Assembly (NCBI RefSeq): GCF_009914755.1
Contig: NC_060939.1
DNA: 64,000 bases
Reading direction: 5' to 3' (one strand)
Source: the human T2T-CHM13v2.0 reference genome, Homo sapiens
In this document: in pieces, positions 17,060-31,458 of the stretch
Layout of the letters: each line of letters starts with the position of its first letter
Numbering within the stretch: the stretch's first letter is position 1
Translations under genes and position numbers: made by a program
Notes under the pieces: model-generated
Seen by the model: only the letters and a program-made list of their open reading frames with translations
Told to the model about the DNA's origin: nothing
The model's database searches: none

Positions 17060-17850
17060 ACTATTCCTTTGTTCACTCAGGAAATATTCACTGAGCATTG
17101 GCCACATGCCAGTATCAGTTAAAGTACTGGAAACACAGTGGTGAACAAAGCATACAGGATCCGTGTCCTCACTAAGCTCACATTCTCATGGCAGACACAG
17201 ACAATAAACAGATAAGCAAATAAATATGCAATGGGATGTCCAGTCATGAAAACTATTATGAAGGCAATAAAGTTGGGCAGGGAGACAGAGAGTGATAGTG
17301 GTACTTTCTTAGATGGGTTGATCAAGGAAGACTTCTCTGAGGAGAAGAATTCCTTGGAAGGGATACCTGGGCGAAAAGAAGAGGGAAGGCAGGCGAACTT
17401 ATGGCGGAAAATTATTCCAGGCAGAGGCAACAGCAACTGCAAAGACTGGAGGATGGAGTGTGCTTAGTTTATCTAAGGAGGCTGGAGCTATGAGAACAGG
17501 AAGGGATTCGTAGAAAATGAGATTTGAGAGGCAGGTAGAGGCCAGGTCATAAAGGGCTTTGGGTAACTTCATACTCAGGATGTTGTGCTTTTGTTCCCAG
17601 GGTGAAGGGGCATTTTGGAGAGTTCTGATTAGGCCAAGATCAGATCTAATTCAAGTCTGTAACATATCACTGTGGGTACTATGTGGAAAACAAATTATAG
17701 CAGATAAAGGATGGAACCATGGAGTCTGGCAGGAGGCTACTGACAGAGTCAAGTGATTACAGCATTTCAAAGGGGCAGCCAAGGGGATTTGCTGATGGAT
17801 GGATGTAGGCTATGAGAGACAGGAGTCCAGGCTGACTCCCAAGGTTAGAG
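17060..17850. mobile_element. L2 LINE fragment
   Basis: L2 3'-end-like sequence 'ttcactcaggaaatattcactgagc...ccgtgtcctcactaagctcacattct'. Approximate. Confidence 0.6.
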
Positions 17851-18442
17851 AACTAGCACTTAAGAGAGCTTGACTGAGGGGCCCCTCGGGAGAGGTGCTT
17901 TTCTCTAACTCCTGTGTCACTATCATGCATTTCTGCCTGTCTTGAGGGTCTTTTATTTTTCACTAAATGACTTTAAAATCTCAAGTAAAAATTCAAAAGA
18001 AATAGAAAAATTTTGCCCCAAAACGTATTTAATAAAAGGATATATATGAATACTTGAGATCATAGCACCTCACTGCTAGATGTTTATATGTTTTGGAAAC
18101 GCCTTTGCCAAACTGAATGCTTAGTCAATCATCTATATGTCTCTGTGTGCCCATTTATTTGGCCTCAAATTAACCAGACTATTATTTAGGGTAAGGGGAT
18201 GACAAAGAAAAGAAAGACCTCTTGGCCTAACTCTATGACCCAAGCTTTAAAATGGTGGTTACTTGGAAAGCACCAACTCTGACTGTACGTCCTACTTTCA
18301 CAAGGGCAAAGAATTACCTATCTAAACTTCCTGGAATTTCCCACATGACTCTCATAGTTGCACAGTATTTGACAGTTTGCAAAGCACTTTTAAAAAAAAG
18401 TTTTATAATCCTTTAACTTTCCATTAAAGGTAGGTATTATTG

Positions 18443-18577
18443 TTTTCATTAAATATTATATATAATAATGTCATCATTTTCATTAAATATTATATAAAAT
18501 AATCATGTCATATCATTTTCATTAAATATTATATATAATAAATTATCATGTCATATATTATTATATACATTATATAA
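18443..18577. repeat. AT-rich imperfect tandem repeat (~3 units of ttttcattaaatattatata...tgtcat) inside a MIR
   Basis: Units read directly from the sequence. Confidence 0.8.
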
Positions 18578-19508
18578 GGAATCTGAGTCTCAGAGTACCT
18601 CAGTAACTTACCCAAGGTTATACCTCTAGTGAGTAAGAAAACCAGAGTTCAAATCTCCAGTTTCAGTGTGGCTTCACTAAATCATTCCCTCAGCAAATAT
18701 TTGTTACCTTCTATGCAACAGGTCCTAGGCATGAGGTACACAGTGATGCATTAAATAGATATGATTTCTCCCATGTGGAGCTGAGTGCCAAGCATTCTTT
18801 CTACTCCCCCAGCATATGCAGAGGAGAATGCTTCATTGAAGGGGGAGGAAGTAAGAAGATCCACCTGGTTCAAAAGGAAGGGTGATCCCAAGAGAAGAGA
18901 CACGAGTTTCATCTCATGATCATACTAATGGTTTTTAAGAACCATCCTTTCCTTATGAATGCTGGAGGCAGCCAAATGGCACTAGCTCTCCTGTCAGATC
19001 TTGTGAGAGCACATCCTCTCAGCACTTCAAATTAGGAGAGCGGACAGGAGGAAACCATGGTAAATGTGGAAGAGGACAAAAAGAGAGATGAGAAGCCACA
19101 AACAAAAGAAGGCAGGAAGGCAGGTAGGCAGGAAAGACAAGCTGATAAAAAGGAGAAAGAGAATAAGGAAAGAGATTATAAGTCCCATTACTGATAGACC
19201 AGTCTCGTTTCTTCCCATTAGGGGATCTGCTTTACATGGTAACTAGTATCTAACTGTATTTGATCATATAATTTATGGAAACTAAATATAGTCAGATTCT
19301 CTCAATGGAAGCTAGGTAATACTACTATTACTAACAACAAAAACCCTAAACTTGTACCGAGTACTCATTTTCAGGAATTGTTCCAAGTGCTTTGTTTACA
19401 TTAACTGATTTAATCCTTATACAAGTCCCAGGAGATAGGTTGCAATATTTTCCTGTTTTTACAGATGAGGAACCAAGGCTTAGGGAAGTTAAGAAACTTG
19501 TATAAGTC

Positions 19509-19854
<346 letters not shown>

Positions 19855-19937
19855 CTATACTCACATACTGCATTCTTAATACAAAGTTTCCATAAAGTCT
19901 CTGGGCACTTTTAAAATTTAATTAAATTACAGATTGT

Positions 19938-20254
<317 letters not shown>

Positions 20255-20346
20255 TTATGATCAGTGATTTCTTGAGAGTTTTTTCAGGCAAGTTAAAGCC
20301 AGTGCTCACATCTTGATAAAGTTGTGAGTGCCTCCTCTACTCTTAC

Positions 20347-20400
20347 CTCTTCTTGCGGGCCACTGACTACTAGCATAAGGAAGTGATTGTGCCATTTCCC
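20347..20400 (-). CDS. Candidate 54-nt in-frame cassette exon, paralog of the BCL2A1 'Bfl-1S' alternative exon
   Basis: ttcatttcag|GGGAAATGGCACAATCACTTCCTTATGCTAGTAGTCAGTGGCCCGCAAGAAGAG|gtaaga; translates GKWHNHFLMLVVSGPQEE. The recalled Bfl-1S tail begins GKWHNHTPMLV. Confidence 0.65.
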
Positions 20401-21329
20401 CTGAAATGAATCATTCAAGAGTAAATTCATTCATTTGAGCAGATTTGTCAACATCACTATGAAAAGAAGGTAACAGTTTTCCATGTCAGTTTGTACTAAC
20501 CCAAAAAAGCACTGCCTTTCCTTTCCTTAAGATCAATGCCTCATCTGAGCTGGAAAAGGAGCACATAGATTGCTTTGAAATGACATCTTCAAGAGTATTT
20601 ATTTCATGTCTACAACCTGAACTATTCAGGTGTTTTTTGTTTTTTGTTTTTTTAAAGAGCTTGGAAACTTTAGAAAGGCTGAGTGTGTGCACATGCAGGC
20701 AATGTGTGTATTTGTATCTACACTCGGGAGAGATTCATGCAACTGCACTCATGTTTACATGAGTGTACCACCCTCGAAAGATGAGGGTACTACTAGAAAT
20801 TCTCAGAGACAAGATTCCACAGCCTTTGCTAACAATGAGTTCCAGAAGCTCACAAAATTTATTGTGGAGAAGTTAAATTTTTAAGTAATATTTATTCACT
20901 GTCTGTGTGTTCCAAGTACTAAGCTAGGCATTGGAAATACAATCCAAAACCACATAGAGCCGGCAAACTAGTAGAGTATTTCTCTGCAGGCTCATCTGTG
21001 GTCCTCTGTGCCAGAGAACGTTTGCCTTCACCTGAAATCTACACAATGCAGCTGAAATTTCCACCAGTCCTCAAGTATAGCCTCCCACAGCCAACTAGAA
21101 GAAAACATGACAAAACATTTCACATGCTTCGCCCAGCCTCAGTCAGGCTCAGTTAGAAAGAACTAAGTTCCAGAAAGAAGATGACTAAGAAAGGGGAGTA
21201 GCTTCAGTAAGCTCTATCATGCAGGAAGGCCTTAAACAAAATGAAAAAGGCATCAAGTAAAAGATCAATAAATTTGATCGCAACAAATATTTAAACGGCT
21301 ATAATGACCGAAGACATTGTCAGCTTTAA

Positions 21330-22260
<931 letters not shown>

Positions 22261-22459
22261 TTTGGATAAAAAAATTTGCAGAATTACCACCATGTACTGT
22301 TTTTACATATACACATGTAAATATATGTATGCAAGATTTTTATGTATATATAAAATACATAAACATACATGTACATATATGTACATATATGTATGCTCAT
22401 ATAAAACATTTTACATAAAACATTTACAAAAACTTTTTTTACAAAGAAGTATTATGTTA

Positions 22460-22685
<226 letters not shown>

Positions 22686-23264
22686 AATAACTTATATTAC
22701 CAAAGCCTTAAAACCTACATTCTTTTACAGGTTCATTTTTGCTACTAAAAACTAGTGCAACAGGAGTCACATGCAATGTGCTTTGGCTAGAACAGTGTAT
22801 TGTGGTAACACAAACCATTTACATTAAGACACTACTTAATTCTGCTATTTACTGCCCAAATTGTCTTTTTCAAATATCATGTCAAAATTACACGAATTTA
22901 TATAGTTGTAGACATGTTCCTAGCAGAAGGGTAAGGGAGGCAGGGGTCTGGGTAAGTGGAAGGAGAAGGCAAGTAGCCCTTTTGGGCTACCAGGGCACCA
23001 GGACCGGGTTCCCTGGGCAATTTGGCACAGGGATTTGAATGCAGGGTGGCCTCAAAGATGGGACTGAGCAGCAGCAGCAACATCAGCGATCCAGAAAGTT
23101 CACAGGATGTGAGCAATACTGTTTTGGGTTCCTTATCTGATATTCCTAAAAAACAAAGTTGCTGTCGTTTTTCATGAAAACAGACTACATAGTTTATTTA
23201 GGTAGATACGATAAACATTTTAATAGTTACACTTGCGCAATTTCATTTTCTAAATGTAAAGTTA

Positions 23265-23562
<298 letters not shown>

Positions 23563-24401
23563 TGAAAAGTTAAAAACAAGAATAAGAGGCATTCTAAACC
23601 ACTTTTGGTCGTGGGTGCTATCAAATTCAAGAAATTTTTTTGTCCAATTAAATTGTTAAATTTAAAACAAACAAGTATAATAGATCATAAGATCATATCA
23701 GCTGTCTTGGGTTCCAATTCTATCAAAAATGCATTATCTAAACTTATTGAAACCAAAATTTCTCCATCTGTGATGTATAATCTTACTAGCACTAAGTAAC
23801 AAGGAAAACATCAATGGCTTTTAATGTATCAGGTTATATTATGATCCCTACATGACCACGCGGTAATGAAACTGACAAATTTTATCAGTAGGATTTTTTA
23901 AATTATAAAAGCAATTCATATTCATGAGAGAAAACTTGGAAATCACAAAAAGTACAAAGCACTTTAAAACAAAGTGCTTCTGTAATCCTACAAAACAGAG
24001 CCATGCCAGTACTTTGGTTAATTCTAAAACTGACTTTTAAAATCAGACACTAGATCTAGACAGTATTTTCTTTTTTAATTCATCATGGGAAAGGAGATTC
24101 AATACTGCCATTATTCAGAATCTGTGTGAAATTCCTCATCTGTAACTGGCATAACGGTCATGTAAGAAATTTGGTCTCAGTTTACAGTTTCACCTCATTT
24201 TAACCTAACATCACTGATAGATTGATTTCATTTAAATTAGTATAACTGAAGTCTTACTATACTGTGGTTCTGTTCAGAAACATAAACATGAATATGGTAC
24301 TGTCCTCCTGCTTAGATTGCTCACAATCTAGACTACACAGACCAAAGTACAAGGTGGTTGTGTTAAATATACTCTAAGAAAGGATATATAAACAGTGATA
24401 G

Positions 24402-24825
24402 TGTGTCCGGAGTTGGTTCCTTCCACCGGGTTCTTGGTCTCGCTGACCAACAATGAAGCTTTGGACCTTTGCGGTAAATGTTACAGCTCTTAAAGGTGGC
24501 ACAGACCCAAAAAGTTAGCAGCAGCAAGATTTATTGTGAAGAGCAAAAGAACAAGGGTTCCACAGCTGTGGGAGGAGACCCGAACCAATTGCCTCTGATG
24601 GTTGGGGTGGCCAGCTTTTATTCCCTTGTCCCCGCCCACATCCTGCTGATTGGTCCATTTTACAGAGTGCTGATTGGTGCGTTTTTACAGAGTGCTGATT
24701 GGTGCATTTACAATCCTTTAGCTAGACACAGAGCATTGATTGGTGCATTTACAATCCTCTAGCTAGACAGAAAAGTTCTCCAAGTCCCCACTTGAGGCAG
24801 GAAGTCCAGCTGGCTTCACCTCTCA
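24402..24825 (-). mobile_element. Solo ERV9-family LTR (LTR12F-like)
   Basis: Minus strand begins TGAGAGGTGAAGCCAGCTGGACTTCC and carries repeated CCAATC boxes; 4-bp TSD ATAG at 24398-24401 and 24826-24829. Confidence 0.88.
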
Positions 24826-24986
24826 ATAGGTTAACATTAAAGAGGAAGTAAACCAAGTTAAAAGTTCAGAACTTCACTCAATAGGTTAACATTAAAGAGG
24901 AAGTAAACCAAGTTAAAAGTTCAGAACTTCACTCAATAGGTTAACATTAAAGAGGAAGTAAACCAAGTTAAAAGTTCAGAACTTCA
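24822..24986. repeat. Three perfect tandem copies of a 55-bp unit
   Basis: ctcaataggttaacattaaagaggaagtaaaccaagttaaaagttcagaacttca starting at 24822, 24877 and 24932. Confidence 0.95.
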
Positions 24987-25814
24987 CAAAGGAAAGAAAA
25001 TCTGCATCGTGCTTGAAGAATAAGGAAAATTTTGGTAAGAGGAAGAGAAAAAAGGGATGAACATCAAATGCCAAAGGACATAAATGTTCATAAAGGTTCT
25101 GGGAAAAGCAAGTAAATCTAGGAAAAAGGCAAATTGGCATTGGACTGCTGAGGACTTCTAAGTATCTTGCTAATCCATTTTTATTCACCAGGCATGATAA
25201 GGACTTCTAATGGTTTTCAAAATTCAAACCTACCCTCAAGAAGAAAACAACTGGCCATTACTGAGGATATTCAGAGAAATGTGCCACAGACTTAAAAATA
25301 AAAAATCCATGATGCTTCCATTGCTAAAGATCTCTCCCACACTTAAGCTTAGCACTTTCTCTTGAAGCTATCTTATGCTCCCACACAGACCACAACAGAA
25401 TTAAAAGAACACTTAGAATTCAGATAACTCAACTTTTTTACTTCTTTGTAACATCCCCTGCCACAGGAACATTTGGCAGTCTTCTGAAGATTATTTCCAA
25501 CAATTTTTTCCAGTAGTCCATATCATCCAAAAACAGCTCTATTAGAAAATCCTTCCTTCTACTAAATCAAAATTTTCCTGCCTCTAATTTACACCTATTA
25601 GTGTAATGATGAGGAGTTATATAAGTAATAATCCTTATTATAGTCCTTCAAATATTCAAAAAGTTCTCTTCCCAAGCTAAATAGGCTAAATAAAACAAGG
25701 TCAAACGTTCTTCATTAGACATGACTTTTAGGTTTGGTGTGAATCTCAACTTCACTTTATTAGCTATGTGACTTTGGGCTTAGCTTCTTTTACTCTAAAA
25801 TGGGGATAACATGA

Positions 25815-26150
25815 CACATTCTACCACATGGATGTACTGTGAAGACATAATGCTAAATAAGCCAGACACAAAAAAAAACAAATATTGTATGATTCTATTT
25901 ATATGAGGTACCTAGAGTGGTCAAAATCATAGACACAGAAAGTAGAATGGTAGTTGTCAAGGGCTGGGGGTCATGGGAACAGGCAATTGTTCTTTAATGG
26001 GTATACAGTTTCAATCGAGGAAGATGAAAGTTCTAGAGATGGATGGTGGTGATGACTGCACAACAATGTGAATGTACTTAATGCCACTGAACTGTACACT
26101 TAAAAATGATTATCATGGTAAATTTTGTTATGTACATTTTACAATAAAAA
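25815..26150 (+). mobile_element. L1MB-like 3' end
   Basis: 'aaatattgtatgattctatttatatgaggtacctagagtggtcaaa...gttctagagatggatggtggtgatg...ctgaactgtacacttaaaaatg'. Confidence 0.8.
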
Positions 26151-26193
26151 AAGAATAGTAAGTATGACAAAATTGTACACTTTAAATGATTTA

Positions 26194-27354
<1,161 letters not shown>

Positions 27355-27468
27355 CTTACACAACACTTGGCATATAAAACATGGGCACATAATAGTGACT
27401 GTAATAGACTTACCAACTATGGGGCCTTGCTTGGCTAAATTCTATTTTTTAAGAAAGTAAGAACCTGG

Positions 27469-28029
<561 letters not shown>

Positions 28030-28559
28030 CCAGCTGATTAGTCTAACACACACACACAAAGAAACCACATTACTTTAAAGTAACATCTCCTTGGTACAGA
28101 AGAGTCTAGAAAACATAAAACTTCCCAAGATGTTAGTATGTTAATCAGTGAATGACTGCCAAACTACTCAGATAAGTGGTGATAAGTACACAAATTGCTT
28201 TATTAACTTAGGCTTATCAGATTAAATTACAGGCAAATTTTACCAATGGCCCTCTACAAAAAGCATACATGAACAAAGAAGTCATGTAATAAATAAACTC
28301 TCAGCAGTGAAGAGCCACAAGTGACAAAAAAGACTAAAAACCACAGAGCTACCTGTCTCTGAATTGGGACATTTATCAACAAAGGTTATTCTTGAGAAGT
28401 CAGTATGAGTTTAAAGCATCTTCATAAACGTATCCAGTGAGCCAGGATGTAGCTTGACATGGGTTTAGGCATATCACTCCCAATGATGGAAAGGAACAGA
28501 AATTTTATCACTAATATTATGGTGAACATTGGTAGGATCAAAAGTCTGGATAAAAGGAA

Positions 28560-29620
28560 ATATGAGAATTTCTCATGAGAAAAATAAGCAGTGTCTAGAA
28601 AGTCCAGACCAAACTGATTCCTTGCAAAATTCAAAATTAGATTAAAAAGAATGTTTGGAAGTTAAGAAAGGAAAAGTGAATACATGGAATCCTAGCTAGA
28701 AGATTCACCGTGAACAAGTTCAACCGAATCAACTGCAATGGTTATTTTCAAAGGTTAGTAATGTAGTATTCTTCGCTGTAGGTGAGAATCTTATAGGCAC
28801 AATATAGCTTAATTATAGTATGGCATTTGACAAAATCTTTCCTAATATCCACATAAAATGTCATATGGGCCTGACAATAATAGACAGAACTAGTTGTTAC
28901 TGAACAACCATAATGTGTGCTGATTAATGGACTGGTGTTAATCTAAAGTGAGTCTAGCTGACTTGCACACTTCTGAGTAATTTATTCTGTCAATATTTTT
29001 ATCAACAATTTGAATGAAGACATAGTAGGTATGCCTACCAAATATAAAGATGACCAAATAGAAAGTGTATTAAATGTCTAAATAAAAACTAACAAAAGGA
29101 AATTTAAAAGCCTTATATTTAATCTAAGCACACCTAAAAAAATAAAAAATAAAAATAAAAGCCTTATATTTAAGCTAAAAAAAAAAAAATCCACTACACA
29201 AAAACAGGATTAGGGAGACTCAGTTTAACATCTTATGTATAAAACATTTTAGAGAGAAGTTGACACTTCTGGTTCATATTAAGCATAAGTAACAGAAGTT
29301 AAAACTGTTAATGAAATATTTGGTTTAAAAAAAAAACAAACCAGCATTTGGCTCATACCCACCACACTCTGTCTGGTCAAATATCATCTAAAATGCTGGG
29401 CACAATGTATAATGACAATGAGCAATTAAGGGTTAATTAAGAAAAAATAACCACGGTTGAAGGATCAGAGAATTACATTATCTAAGGAATGGTTAAACTA
29501 ACTGGGATTATTGACTCTGAAGAAGAGAAGGGAATGCTCACCATGTGTGGCAGGGAGAAAGGGTCAGCAGGGACACGACGGTAGTCTTCAAATATGTGAA
29601 GGGGCCATTCGTGTGAAAAC
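28560..29620 (+). mobile_element. Ancient CR1/L3 LINE reverse-transcriptase relic
   Basis: Degenerate 'ggcatttgacaaaatct' (KAFDKV-like) and 'caatatttttatcaacaatttg' (FNIFINDL-like) motifs. Approximate. Confidence 0.55.
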
Positions 29621-30824
29621 GGGGTTATACTTGGAAAAAGCAAAATACAGTGAGAACAGCATGGGCTATGATGTATAAAGACCCAGATTCAAATCCTGGT
29701 GCCATGATTTACTGTGTGTTATTTGGCTTGGAGACAGATTAGCATCCTTACCTAGAAAATGATACTTACCTCATAAATGTATAAAAATTAGAGGCAAAAA
29801 ATATTTATAAGCTGCCTGGCACAGACTGACACACTGTGATGCACAGTGGTGTTAGTTCTCATCCCTAGACCTTTCTGTAATTCTAGAACAGTGTTTTCAA
29901 AGTGAGAACTGAAACTCATTAATGGGTCACAAAATCAGCTTAGCTGGATAGTAACCAGTATTTTTCTTCTGATGAAACAGAAGGAAAATATTAGAGCACA
30001 CCATTTGTGGCAAACATAATCATAATTTTGTGAAACTTCTGTTTCAGTTATTCATATACATGTGAATAGATTATGAGTTAAAATGTATTTCTTATCATGA
30101 AGTTGGATCCAAGAAAAAAATGTGAAAGTGACTACTGTAGAGCACTATTTTCTATGTGTGTTCTATAAGATACTAGTTCCTTGGGAGCTCGATTAGATTT
30201 AGGAACAAACCATACTCCCTAGAGATTTACTATGTTCAGTACACATTAGCATCTCCAAGAGCCCAGCATTAAAGAAACCTGTTTATCTTTCTTGAATCCA
30301 GTTTTTTCCCACATTTATTCAACTCCAGAACCCACCCACTTTTTTTTCCTACATGGTATTTATTGACATCTTCAGAACTACCACTTTGCAGCATATACAC
30401 TCTGGAGGAAACATTCCTCTAGATGAAAAAGAAGATGCAATGGCTAGAAGTTATAGAAGGTAGATTCTTAGCTTGCTAAGAAGAAAAACATCTCAACTTT
30501 GAATCTTCCTGCCACTGACATCCACCCCCTATAACTTTGACCCTACACACATGCCTCATGCATTTTACATATGATTTATCCAACTTTCAATTCACACAAA
30601 TGTTCTCAGAAAAAGTGTAGGACATCTATAATATCTAGATATGAAGCCAGGATCAAAGCAATAAGCAGGAATCATCTGGTCAAAAGAAACTCCTGGCATA
30701 GTATTTAGGAAGACTTGACAAAGCTTAACAAAGCTCATGCTCAGGAACCACAGCAGCCCAAGACTTAATCGGCTTCTCCAAGTGGACTCAATGTGTTCTA
30801 ATAATACATAATTTAAAGTGGGCT

Positions 30825-31458
30825 TGTTATAAGTAAAGTGTTTATTTAGAAACAGAATGCTTGCTCCTCAGTACTGCAAGGAAAAATCAGCATTTAGACA
30901 AAAAGTGTTTTCAGCAAGGCAATTTTACTTTCTGCAGAAAGGGTGCTCCTCACAGATGAAACAATGGCAACAGCACACCCAAACAAAGGAGAGAAGCAAT
31001 TTTTATCCCTTATGCAGCTTGTCCCTGCTACTGTGTCCTGTCTCCATTGGCTGGAGCTGGACCTCACAATTTAAATTAAACCTGACTGGCTAACAACTTA
31101 AAACTTTCCTAAATAGGGAAAGGCAACAGAGAACAAAGGAAATGAGGAAGTTGCTTGCAAAAGGACTTAGAAAAGTAATAATATTTCCAAATAAGGAAGG
31201 GGCATAGGCTGCGAGCTGGAACGTGCCTGTGAGCATGTCCAGCACAAATATCTTGGTTAAAGTACAAGGACATAGAATATACTTATTCCCTTATATCTAA
31301 CAGCTACATAGGATAGGGCTTAATGAAGAGTTATTAGCACAGAGCAGAGGAGGCTGGAAGGAAGTTAGTCTTTAAAAGAAACTATTATTTCTAACACTTA
31401 ATGATTTATTCTTTAACAAGAAGGGAAATTTTTAAGAGGAAACTTTTTACTTTCTACA
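30825..31458 (-). repeat. 3' LTR (LTR10-family)
   Basis: TGTAGAAAG...TAACA on the minus strand, preceded by PPT AGAGGAGGGAAT; CCAAT at 31046-31050, TATA-like GATAAAAA near 31000-31007, AATAAA at 30841-30846. Confidence 0.9.

Noticed and set aside
22898-23116. Minus-strand ORF with a poly-Leu, signal-peptide-like stretch
   Set aside because: Short, non-ATG start, the Leu run comes from a (CAG)n-like tract, and I recognise no homology or exon structure.
24822-24986. CRISPR-like appearance of the 55-bp repeats
   Set aside because: Head-to-tail identical units with no spacers, no cas genes, in a eukaryotic context.
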